Origin: Phyllosticta citribraziliensis
Taxonomy: Eukaryota
Length of the DNA: 64,000 nucleotides
Assembly (NCBI RefSeq): GCF_038025025.1
Contig: NW_027117343.1
Location: 1,736,001-1,800,000 of the forward strand
Direction: 5' to 3'
In this document: in pieces, positions 13,201 through 24,819 of the stretch
How the letters are laid out: each line of letters opens with the position of its first letter
Position numbering within the stretch: position 1 is the stretch's first letter
Program-made: the position numbers and the translations under genes
The notes under the pieces: model-generated
Seen by the model: the letters and a program-made list of their open reading frames with translations, nothing else
Database searches by the model: none
Told to the model about the DNA's origin: nothing

Positions 13201-13707
13201 TATAGTAGTTAGTTAGTATAGTAGTATAGTTAATACCTATATTTATAGTAGATAGGTAATAGTTCTAGGGAGAGAAAGAGAGAGAGTATAAAATAAATAT
13301 AGTAATAGTATAGTCTAGGAGCTTAGCCTAAACTCTAAATATACTTACTTATAAACTATATATATAACTAGTTTATTCCTATCTACTAGTTATTAGTAGA
13401 CTACTTAATACCTACTAATAAAGTAAGATAAGAAGATTAGAGACTCTATTTAGGGCTACTTTAAGGGCTAGATATATACTACTATAACTACTAGTAAGAG
13501 TAGTATCTAGTAGTAGCTACTAATAAGTCTAAGATTTATTAAAATATATATAGTAGTTAGCTAGTAATAATGCCTTAAATAAGGCTAGTAAGATATTATC
13601 TAAATAGTAGGTATAGTAATCTTATAATCCTTATTCTACTAGAGGCTCTTAAGTATAATATAGTATTAGAATAGGCTAAATATACCTCCTAAGTTATATT
13701 ATAATAG

Positions 13708-15119
13708 TATACTTTAGGTAATCCTAATTAGGTAATTACTAAGGCTACTTAGTACTTAACTAATAGTTCTAGGTATCTAGATATAGTACTTAATAAGTAG
13801 TAATAAATAATAACCCCTAAAGATAGTTATATATACCTAGCCTAATCCTTTATTATATAGGACTTATATATACCTAGATAGGTAGAGTATAGTAGGTAGA
13901 GCTATATAACCTAATATCTAGTCTATTAGCTTATATAATAGAGAGGTACTTCCCTATTAAATAAGAGGTATAAGGAAGGGGAGTAGACCCTTTTAATTTA
14001 TATTACTATAACTAAATAACCTTAGACTATTTTCTAAAGGCTACCTAATAGATAATAATATAGACTAAATTATTATATACTTAGTTATAAGGAATATATA
14101 GAGGAAGAATAATAATTCTTAATAAAGAATTAATAAATAAAATAAAGAAGAAATTACTACTAAAGAGAAAGCTATTCTAAAGGGCTAGAAGGCCTCTTTA
14201 TATACCTTTCTAGTTAGTACTAAGCTGATCTACTAGCTAGCTATTAGTAAGACTTATTTATTAGTTATAAGTTACCTCTAACTCTTAACTATAACTCTTA
14301 CTATTAAAGTTCTTCTAGACTAATTTATTTAGATCTAGACTAAGGACTATAACGCTACTATATCCTTATTCTAAGGAGTAGCTTTAAAGTCTAAAATATA
14401 AAGGAGATAATATAAACCTTAACTAGGTTAAGTACTCTAGATTTACTAGAGGTACTAACTTTTCCTTCTCCTTTTTACCTTTTATTTTAGAAGGAACTAA
14501 CCCTACTATTTTTCCCTAACTAGAACTATTCTTTAGTCCTTATATAGCTCTTTATATTCTAATATTAATAACTAACTTTTAACTATTAGTTCTTCTAGAA
14601 TAAAACTTTACTTTAATTCTTAAGAAGGGATATCCTCCTTTTTCTCTTTCTTAAATCTAAATTACCTCTTACTTATAAGTTATACTTTTTAGGTCTTATA
14701 ATAGCTTTATATATAACTACTATAATAATAGCTTATTAGGAAATATAGTAAGATTCCTAAGAGCCTAATAGTATACCTAGTAAGTTAGGTACTAGGGGTA
14801 ATATAAGGGTTTACCCCTAGATAGGTACTACTATAAGTAGTAGAGTTTAGTCTATTATAATAGTCCTTACTATTTATAATACCTAAGCTAGTTTCCCTCT
14901 TAGCTAGTAGAGACTAGTATTAAGTAAGTAAAGATTCCTTTCTTACTAAGAAACTTCTACCTTAAATATCTTTATAAGTACTAGCGCTATAGACTTAAGA
15001 GCTATACTATTTAATAGGGCTTAGCCTATAGTACTTATATATAATATTAGGGGATAAATAATCTACTTATTATCTTTATACTTTAGTATCTAATCTAAGG
15101 TAAAGACCTTATTTTTATA
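13708..15119. repeat. ~1.4-kb RIP-degraded segment, copy A of a direct duplication
   Basis: Starts TATACTTTAGGTAATCCTAATTAG and ends ..TAAAGACCTTATTTTTATA. Collinear with 18646-20608. Confidence 0.85.
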
Positions 15120-16871
15120 TATATTAAGAAGTAAAGTATTAAATATTATCTATATATAGATACTACTTCTTATATTAAAGCCTAAACTATTAAAGTAATA
15201 GATAGATTACTATATATAATATCCCTTTTCTTATTATCTTACTAAATAGGGGATCTCTCTTTATAAGATAAGGTAAATATATATATAGATATATATATAG
15301 ATATATATATATTATTATAGTAACTAGTAGAGTAAGCCCTATAGACTTCTAATACTTAATAGATAATAGTAGTATATATATATAAGTACTATAGAAAATA
15401 AGGCCTTCTTTATATAATTATAAATAAAAAGGGTAGAATTATAAAGTATATAATAGGTAAAATTATCTAAATATATAAAAGGAAGGAATCTATTCTAGAA
15501 AAGAAATAGTATATTAAGAGTTTCTACTTAAAGCTAGTATAAGTACTAGTAGTCTATAGTAGCTAAGTAAGCTATAATAGTATATAGCTATATATATACT
15601 AGTAATACTATATAATCTATCTAGTAGAGTTAAGATAGCTTATAGATTATTTTTATTATTATTACTACTACTAGTAAGGGTATAAGTAGCTATACTACTC
15701 TAAAACTAGCTTATCTTTAATACTACTATACTATATATAGTAGTCCTCTTATATACTATTACTATCCTAATACTTAGAATTAGTAGAGTAGTAGTAGATC
15801 TTATAGCCTAGGGTTTTATTTTAGTAGTAGATACTATATAGAATATAATACTTTTAATATAGGCCTTACCTATTATTATTATTTACTTAGTAATATTATT
15901 ATATTCTTACTATACTACTATACTAACTTTTTAATTTATTTACCTACTTATTAGCCTTAAATAATACTATTAACTTTAAAAGTAATAATAGCTAGTATAT
16001 ATAGTATATATAAAGATATAGTATTTTAGTCTAATATAGTATAAAGTAAAATTAAAGTAATAATACCTATTAGTAGGTAGTAGCTAATAAAGTACATCTT
16101 CTATAATTAATAGGAGACTTATTAATAGTATTATAGCGCCTAGTAGAGTAAGTCTTATAGGCTACTAATAATTAATATAGGAGGAGTAAGAGTACTTATT
16201 ATATAGCTTATATAGAATAACTATTATTAGCCTATAAGATAATCTTAGGAAATAATAAACTAGTAAATAACTTAATAAAGAAGAATAGATCTTTAAAGGG
16301 TAAAAGTATTCTTAGAAGAGGATAAAAGGAGAGAGGTAGGATATAGTTATATAACTAGTTATATAAACTTAGTTTTATAATAAATAAAACTTTCTCTTTC
16401 TACTTTTAATACTTATTTACCTTCTAGCTTTTCTTTTCTTTATCTTAAGTAGGGCTTATTTATAGTAATAGGCTATATATAATTTAATTCTCTAAGTAGG
16501 GTTATAGTAATAAGAGTAGTATATTTATTTAGAATAGAGAAGGAGAATATTAAGATCTTAACCTTTAGTTTTATTTAAAATAAAGGAGGAGAATATAGAG
16601 ATCTTAATCTTTATAATTATAGTCTTAAATAGGAATTTTTATAAAAGGAGTATATCTCCTCTTACTATATAGACTAGATTTACCTATCTTAGCTATATAC
16701 TTCTTCTATAATCCTTATATAATATATAATATTAGTAGAGGCTAAGTTAGTTATCTAGCTAAGTCTACTCTACTATCTTATACTAACTAAATAGGGCTAC
16801 TATATATATAAGTAGTAAGTACTAAATACTAAATACTAGATATTATAAAATATAAGTACTATAGCTACGCG

Positions 16872-16876
<5 letters not shown>

Positions 16877-16904
<28 letters not shown>
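16877..16904. repeat. (TA)n microsatellite
   Basis: Run of about 14 TA dinucleotides. Confidence 0.85.
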
Positions 16905-16909
<5 letters not shown>

Positions 16910-18645
16910 TACTAATTAGTAACCTAATATAAAAGCTCCTATTATAGAGTAAGGCCTTAGTAAAATTTATAACTTTTAAAAGCTTACTAGTAGAATTAAT
17001 AATATAGGACTTTAAATTATAGTATATACCTTCTAGATAAGATATACCTTAATTACCTTAGTATTATTATTAAGATATATATATCTAATACTACTACTAT
17101 TAATAAGAATCCTATATTATATTAGAATAGTTAATAAGTATAGTCTAGCCTAGGGCTTTTTATATCTAGCTAGGGTCTCTACTATAATAGCCTTATTAAA
17201 GTATATTACTTTTATCTATATCCTTCTCTATTTAGAATAGCTTTACTATCTATATATATAATTTAAACCTATTACTTATTTACTAGATATAATAGATATA
17301 GAGAATTTAAGAGATAATTAATAATATATCTAGAATATTCCCTAAGAGTATCTTCTAATTAGTAATAAATAGGCCTAGTTTATAGCTAAGTATCTATATA
17401 TAGATATTTATCTTTATCTTCTCTAGATTAGAAATATAAGCTACCTATTAGACTTATATCTATATAGTTAATACTAATAATATAGAGTAAGAGTAAAATA
17501 AGCTTAGTAGTTATATATATATAACTAAGTTATACTATCTTAGACTTATATCTTACTATATTAATAACCCTAATATAGATAAAGAAGAGTATATATAGTC
17601 TACTCCTTATTTAGTATAAGTTAGTTCTAAAGTCCTAAAAGGATAATTCTAGCTTTACTACTCCTATTCTTAGTAATAACTTTAGCTTAGGTATAAATAG
17701 GAGATAAGGCTAGTATTATAAAAGAATAATAGACTATTTTATAATATAGTAATAATAGATAGACTTAGTATCTTTAGTTATAATAGAAGGTTATATACTA
17801 TTATTATTATTTCTAATACTAGTAATATACTAGCTTTTATAGCTACTTATAGAGATATACTACTATATAAATAAAGTCCTTTATATCTAGTTAGACTACT
17901 ACCTACTTATAGAATATATTACTTATTTTTTATACCTAAATCTAATAATACTTATATAGATTAATAATAGCTTAATAGTTATATATCTAAGTTAGCTTAG
18001 TAGTTATTTTAGCTTTAAGATTTAGAGTATACTAGTTCCTATTTCTTATACCTACTATATATTCTATCTTTAAGGTACTCTAGCTTATACTCTTAGTACT
18101 TAAAATATATATTAGTAATATTAGTATTCCCCTCCCCTTAGTCTATTATTATAGATAATAGATTTTTAATTTAATTATCTATATATATAGTATATTAGAT
18201 ACCTATTAGTTATATACTCTTTATATATCTAGCTAGAGGACTAGTCTTACTATAAGTTCTATTATTATAAGAATTAACTTACTTATAATATCTACCTTAG
18301 TTCTATAATAGAAGCGGCTAAAATTACTATTTATAATTAGATAAACTAAGATCTAGAAGTAGGAGATTTATACCTCTAAGTTATAGAGAAATTATAACTT
18401 TTAATATAAATTATCTTATTAGGGCTAAAATATTTAATAAATAGTCTTATAGTAGTAGTATTATAATAATTAATTAATTTATAGTAGGGTGAAATATTAA
18501 ATATAGTATATAGTAATATATCTAATAGAGGTATTTATAAAGAGGAGTAGTAAGATTTTATATAAATAGACTATTAGTAATAGTATACTATTTACCTTTA
18601 CTATTATATTATATTATCTAATAGGTATAATACTTATTATAACCT

Positions 18646-20608
18646 TATACTTTAGGTAATCCTAATTAGTTAATTACTAATACTACTTAGGACTTAACTA
18701 ACTATCCTAGATATATAGAAATAGTACTTAATAAGTAGTAGTAAATAATAATCCTTAAAGATAGATATATATACCTAGCCTAATCTTTTATTATATATAA
18801 CTTATATATATCTAGATAATAAAATACTAAGATAGAGTATAGTAGATAGTACTATATAACCTAATATCTAGTCTATTAGCTTATAGAATAGAGAGGTATT
18901 TCTCTAGTAGATAAGAGATATAAGAAAGGGGGGTAGACCCCTTTAATTTATATAGCTATAAGTAGAGTTAACTACTTACTAATATAATTACTTAGTAGGC
19001 TAAGATACTAGTACTAGAAGAGGTATAAGGGGTAGTATCTAGTAGGATTTACTATCTAGCTATTATCTTATTATCTAAGTAGTATAAAGCTTAGGAGTAA
19101 ATAATAAGTATAAAGGAATAAATAATTAAGTCTTTAATAGATAATAGTCTTACTAGATAGAAAAGATATTATTTATATAAGTAGTATATATATATAATAA
19201 GCTATAAAGAAGGGTATATAACTAGCTAATCTACTACTTAAAATACTAATAATAGAAGACCTTCTATTAATACTAAAGATAATTAGTTCTCCTAAATATT
19301 TATTAGCTATTATTACTACTACTTAACTATATAGAGCTATAACTTTATAGGATTCTAGAGCTATCTATTATTATATCTATATACTAGCCTAATCTTCTAT
19401 ATATATCTAAGCTAAAATTACTACTAGGAATAAGAATAATAATACTAAAATTAGCCTTTTAGAACTATAAAACTAGTACTAACTAGTAGTACTATACTAC
19501 TTATTATAACTAAATAACCTTAGACTATTCTCTAAGGGTTACCTAATATATAATAATATAGACTAAACTATTATATACTTAGGTATAAGGAATATATATA
19601 GAGGAAGAATTACTATCCTTACTATAAGAATTAATAAAGGAATTACTACTAAATAAAGGGTTATTTTAAAGAGCTAGAAGGCCTCTTTATATACCTTTCT
19701 AATTAGTACTCTAATAATCTACTAGCTAGCTATTAGTAAGACTTATTTATTAGTTATAAGCTACCTTTAACTCTTAGCTATTACTCTTACTATTATAGTT
19801 ATTATATATAAATTCTTTTAGATATAGACTATTAACTATAATAGTACTATATCTATATTATAAGGGGTAGCCTAAAAGGCTAATATATAAAGGATATAAT
19901 ATAAACCTTAACTAGATTAAGTATCTTAGATTTACTAGAAGTACTAAATTTCTCTTTTTTTTTTTATATCCTATCTTAGGAGAAACTAACTATATAATTC
20001 TTTCTTAAGTAGGGCTATTTCTTAGTACTTATATAGCTCTTTATATTAAAATAGTAATAGCTAACTTTTATTTACTAGTTCTTCTAGAATAAATCTTAAT
20101 TTAAATTAATAAAAAGAAATATCCTTTTTATCTTCTTCTTTAAACCTAATCTACTTCTTACTTATAAGCTATACCTTTACCTCTTATAATAGCCCTTTAT
20201 ATAACTATTATAATATTAGCCTATTAGGAAATATAGTAGGATTTATAATATCCTAATAGTATATCTAGTAAGTTAGATACTAGGGGTAATATAAGGGTAT
20301 ACCCCTTATTAGGTACTACTATAAGTAGTAGAGTTAAGTCTATTATAATAGTCTCTATTATTTATAATACCTAAGCTAGTTCCTCTCTTAGCTAGAAGGG
20401 ACTAGTATTAAGTAAGTAAGACTTTTCTTTCTTATTAAGAAACTTCTATCTTAAATATCTTTATAAGTACTAGTACTATAGGCTCTATAGCTATACTATT
20501 TAATAGAGCTTAGTCTATAGTACTTATATATAATATTAGGGGATAAATAATTTACTTATTATTTTTAAACTTTAATATCTAATATTAGATAAAGACCCTA
20601 TCTTTATA
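18646..20608. repeat. Copy B of the duplicated segment, with an extra ~550 bp (about 18954-19501)
   Basis: Same start and end as copy A. Similarity breaks after TTTAATTTATAT (~18953) and resumes at TATTATAACTAAATAACCTTAGAC (19502). Confidence 0.85.
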
Positions 20609-21822
20609 CTTATAAATATAGTATATAGTATTTATATTTCTATATCTAATTAAGTATAAAAGATAGTTAGACTCTTATAGCTTATAAGTAAGATATAGGA
20701 CTATATCTTTAGCTAGTAGTATTATAAATTTAAAGTAGAAGTTAATTAAGATATAAATTATTTAAGCTAGTACTTATATATAAATAAATAGATCTTATAT
20801 ACTATTTATTTATTAAAGGGTTAGAGTATTAGTAGTATATAAAAATAGTAAATAAGTAGGTAAATAATTTAAGAAGCCCTTATAATAGTATATATAGTAA
20901 GGCTAAATTAATAAAGAGACTTCTTAATTAAATAACTAAACTCTATATTAAAACTTTTAATAGCTATAAATAATTATAAAGTAGAATATAGATATACTTT
21001 ATTAGTATCCTCCTATTAACTAGGTACTTATAATAAATAGAATATAGATTATATACTTATAGTTAGAAAATTACTATAAGACTAGTAATATTATATATTA
21101 GTAAGCCTACTACTACTTTATTATTTTAAGTAGTATAAATATATTCTACTATATCTATCTTAACTTATATTATAGAGTAGGAAGTTAAGTTAGTTCTACT
21201 AAATAATATAAGTAAGTTTAGTATATATATATATATATATATACTAGTAAGCTCTTATTATATAAATAAAAAATAAAAGTAGTAGATAGATTTTAGCTAG
21301 ATAGTAATAAGGGTAGTAAGATAGATAGAAATAAAATTTAAAAAGTAAAACTTTAATAAATCTAATAGAATAAAGATAGCTATTAATATATAAAAATATC
21401 TTAAATTTATAATATAGTAGTACTCTAGATTCTTATAATTAAGTAGCTTTATTTATAAAGCTTAGTAGCTATAGCTATATATCTAAAACTAAGCTAGAAG
21501 ACTATTCTAAGTAGCTTAGTAATAATTAAGTTTCTATCTTAATTAGTAATAGTTAAATACTTTTTAAAAGTAATTAATAGCTATATTATAAGTAGTCTTT
21601 ATACTATAGTAAACTACCTTATATAACTTCCTCTAGTAACTTTTTATAGATAGAGTAGGTATTTAGAGTATAGTTTTAGTAATAGAGTCTTTATAGTTAT
21701 TATAACTAGATATTTTATCCCTATTATTACTTATAATATCTTTAGTCTCTAATATTAATACTACTATAATATTTAGAAATTTAGGTAGTATAGCTAAGGT
21801 AAATATATAGATAGAAGAGTAG

Positions 21823-21865
21823 TAGGGTTAGGGTTAGGGTTAGGGTTAGGGTTAGGGTTAGGGTT
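21823..21865 (+). repeat. Interstitial telomeric repeat (TTAGGG)~7
   Basis: TAGGG + six perfect TTAGGG + TT, exactly at the AT-rich/gene-rich junction. Confidence 0.97.
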
Positions 21866-22053
21866 GAGGATCTTGTATTAATAGACTTATGAGTCAGTCC
21901 CAACGGCCCATTTAAGGCCCCACGTTCTCTTCAGAGCCAATGGTCGCAGAGTCGCCCACTACCTGCTGTGACATATTTCCTTTTGCGTTCGCGATCGCAT
22001 TTGTCGGAGAATCAGGACAAGCAGATCACCGCCGACGAACCGCAGCGCCAGAC

Positions 22054-23061
22054 ATGAGACTGCTGGCTCAGGTAGCTCTCCTCGGGAGCGCCGGAATGGC
22101 CCTCGCGTTCTCGAATGCGCTCCACCGGCGGACTCCTCCTCCAAACAATCCCGACGACCTCATGATCTTCCTGTGCAATGAGATTCCCGAAATTTGTAAA
22201 AACATGTGCTTTGGTCCGTCTGCCTGCGAGCCACCTTTTCAAGGAAACACAGCTCATAAACAACTTCAGGCGCTTACTGTCAATACATCGGCGAGAGGCT
22301 ACGCTACGACAAGCCCGACAGTGCAGAAATGGCCAGGAGGTCCCAAGCAGCTGGATGTGGTGCTCCCGACGACAACCGTTGTGCAAAGAGCGATCCGCCG
22401 TTGCAGTGCGATCAGTATCCGTTCTTAAGCACAGTGTCGACGAAGAAGAAAATGCCTGACCGCGTCAGTCGCTGTGTGCCGGGGGACCAAAACACGAGTA
22501 CGTATTGGCAGACACGACGCGACAAGCCCTCCGCAGCGGCGAGACACTGACCTCAGATCAGAACAGAGCAGCATCATCAACGCTTTCTACAAGTCGTCCT
22601 ACTGCCGCGACGGTCCTTGCGAATTCACCGTCAGCTTCTCCAATCCTGGAGGCGTCAAGTACTGCGAAGCGTACTATGACCGCAGCGACTGCGATAAGAA
22701 GGAAGATGTCCAAGTCGTGGGGCCCGGCGACGACAAGATCCCTAAGTCCGAAGATCCGGGTCCGGGTATTGGCGGTCCCGAAGGCCCTGAAGGAGAGCCG
22801 GAGCAAAGGATGCGTGCGAGGGGAGACGAGCAGCAGAGCCCGCCGACGCAATTCAAGCTTGACTCTGGCCTCGAGATCTTCGTGCCTGGCGGAGCGTTCA
22901 TCGGTCAGCGGGCTTTTATTGTGGTGGCGCTCGATCAGTCATTGTGGGACGAGCAGGTGCGGACGCATCAGCCTGACCCAGATTTGTCGGTAGACGAGTT
23001 TGATTACATGCTTGACAATCTCCAAGTAATCGAATTCACAGTGACGGAGCAGATTGGTTAA
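22054..23061 (+). CDS. Secreted cysteine-rich NucA/NucB-like (His-Me finger) deoxyribonuclease-family protein, 3 exons
   Basis: Signal peptide MRLLAQVALLGSAGMALA. Introns ~22214-22270 (gtccgt..cttcag) and ~22498-22561 (gtacgt..ctgac..atcag) join FLCNEIPEICKNMCFGAYC...CDQYPFLST...SRCVPGDQNTKQSSIINAFY. This matches the fungal NucA/NucB pattern CDEYPFAST...RCVP..QN..QG...FY. Confidence 0.72.
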
Positions 23062-23181
23062 TCTGAGGAGCTCTTCTCAAGATATCAGTCCGAATATAAT
23101 CGTGTCAAAGATCGCATTCTATATTCTATGAGCCAATAAAGAAGACTGTATCCAGACTGAAAGGGTGCAAAAGACAGCCGC

Positions 23182-24438
23182 CTACTCATCCGGTCCCTCT
23201 GGCCGCGTGCTCGCTGCCATGTTGCACTGGCGAAAGAGCCTGACCTCGTGGTCGGCAAACGCACCGACGACAGAGTGAATGACGCCTTGATTGTTGAAAA
23301 GAACCAAATCGCCTTCTTGCCAGTCGTGGGGATAGACGTACTTGGGAGCAATCGCCGGCCGCTGCAGGCGGTAGACAATGTCTCTCACCTTCTCCAAGTC
23401 GTCGATGACGGTGCCGTCTTTGAGGTGAATCTTGGCCACAGCGGCAGGATGAATCTGGAGCGCCAACTTTCCAGTGACGGGATTCTTCCAGCACATGGGA
23501 AGAACCAAAATCTTTTCCTGCTCGACGGGAGGAAGATCCGATAGTGGCACCTCTTTGCTTTCAGACACCATGCCCAATCCGGTAGAGCGAGAAGCCGCAC
23601 TGCTCATCCAAATGTACGGGTGGGGCGCGTATTCAATCTTGCTGGTGCGCACAAACTCCTTGTCCTCGTCCGAAAGCAAGTCATACATGCGGTTTCCAGA
23701 CACAAAGGCAGTGGTTCCGAGAGGGACTTCCAGCTCGTCGCCAGTGCCATCGTCGTAGCGGCAGATTTGCCGACGGCCCTTGGGGACTTGAACGGCCAGC
23801 AGGCTGGTGACGCGCGGCGGGTTGAGGTCGTACAGCGCGGCGTCAATGTGCCACCGGTAGAAGCGAGTGTAGTCCAAATCTTCCTCCTCGGGAATGCGCG
23901 TCTTGTGAAATGTCCGGTGGTGAGGATGCCTCAGCCGAATGTTCTCGAGGCCCTCATATTCCTTGACCAAGCCGTTTCCAATCACTTGCACTTGCGGTTG
24001 GTGCGGGACGGTCTTCAGGTCGGGATGAAGTACGCTGCGCTTGGCGTCGAGCGTCTTGCCATGACCGTATGTGGTGACAGAGGGATCGAAGCGACGGGTG
24101 AGGTCGTATTGGGCTTTGGGCGACAGAGTCGGGGTGCTCTTGACCACCACGACACTGTTCTTGTACAGGGCGTCGCGCAAAAAGTCAAAGTCGTCATCTG
24201 CAAGAGATTAGACGCGATCCAACGTCTCAAGACTCAACAGACTTACCAAAGGAGGTTACCGATCCCCGGAGTGCTCCCTTTTCATGTTCCCGTTTACCAT
24301 TCACAGTCCATAGAGACACCCAGACTTACCGGAGAGATTCTCGACATCCAAGCCGGTAATGACGGCGCCAAAGTCGACATCTGACCCAGGCGCCTTGTCG
24401 ATGGGCCGGAGCGAGGCTGTAGAGACGCGGGAAGGCAT
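23182..24438 (-). CDS. xanA: Alpha-ketoglutarate/Fe(II)-dependent xanthine dioxygenase (TauD/TfdA family)
   Basis: HPHHRTFHK, FYRWHIDAALY (HxD), HDWQEGDLVLFNNQGVIHSV and R.FRQCN.A are typical of XanA. ATG at 24438 (MPSRVSTASLRP..DVDFGAVITGLDVENLS) is followed by a gtaagt intron. Confidence 0.88.
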
Positions 24439-24577
24439 GGCGGGCTTTGTTGACAGTACTTTGATGGTGGAAAAGTCGGAGCGGGATGTGGAACTCGGAG
24501 ACAGTCAAGCAGGATGGGGACGAGAGAGGCCAGAGGGGAGCGAGCGGATTTTAAGTCGATTCAGGAGCAGGCGATTC

Positions 24578-24584
24578 CTTATCA
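24578..24584 (-). promoter_or_regulatory. HGATAR (AreA/Nit2 GATA) site in the xanA promoter
   Basis: TGATAAG on the minus strand between the UaY site and the ATG. Short motif, so support is contextual only. Confidence 0.5.
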
Positions 24585-24657
24585 GCAGTGGCGTCTGTTG
24601 CGTAAGAAAGCTGGCGTGGGGGAGGACGGGGGAGAGGCGGCGGAGATGTTGGCGTCG

Positions 24658-24671
24658 TCGGCGCTGGCCGA
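24658..24671. promoter_or_regulatory. UaY-type Zn2Cys6 binding site TCGG-N6-CCGA in the xanA promoter
   Basis: TCGG-CGCTGG-CCGA lies ~220 bp upstream of the xanA ATG and matches the UaY consensus for purine-catabolism genes. Confidence 0.7.
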
Positions 24672-24819
24672 GCCGGGCGACGCGCGAATTCCCGGTCTTG
24701 TCTGATTGGCCAAAGCGCTTATTCATTGCAATCGCCTCGAGGTCTTCCGGCGAGAGCCGCTCTTCAACACAACCACGGCACCGACACAACGGCTCGAGAA
24801 TGCTTAATTCTACAACCGA

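Larger units (their letters stand above)
1..21822. mobile_element. AT-rich RIP-mutated repeat/transposon block (heterochromatin-like isochore)
   Basis: Very low GC, massive TpA excess and near absence of CpA/TpG and CpG. The ORF track has no ORF before 21940. Differences among repeat copies are predominantly C/T and G/A transitions, the known RIP signature. Confidence 0.95.

Noticed and set aside
15120..21822. Telomere-linked helicase, MoTeR-like element or Starship captain relic beside the telomeric tract
   Set aside because: No diagnostic motif could be recovered by eye from this heavily RIP-mutated DNA.
1..21822. Mitochondrial insert or contaminant explaining the AT richness
   Set aside because: TpA-specific bias, transition-dominated divergence between repeats and LTR structure indicate RIP of nuclear repeats.
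24505..24789. 94-aa minus ORF upstream of xanA as a uORF or gene
   Set aside because: It runs through the promoter motifs (CCAAT, UaY, GATA) and FATP 3' region and has no recognisable protein features.
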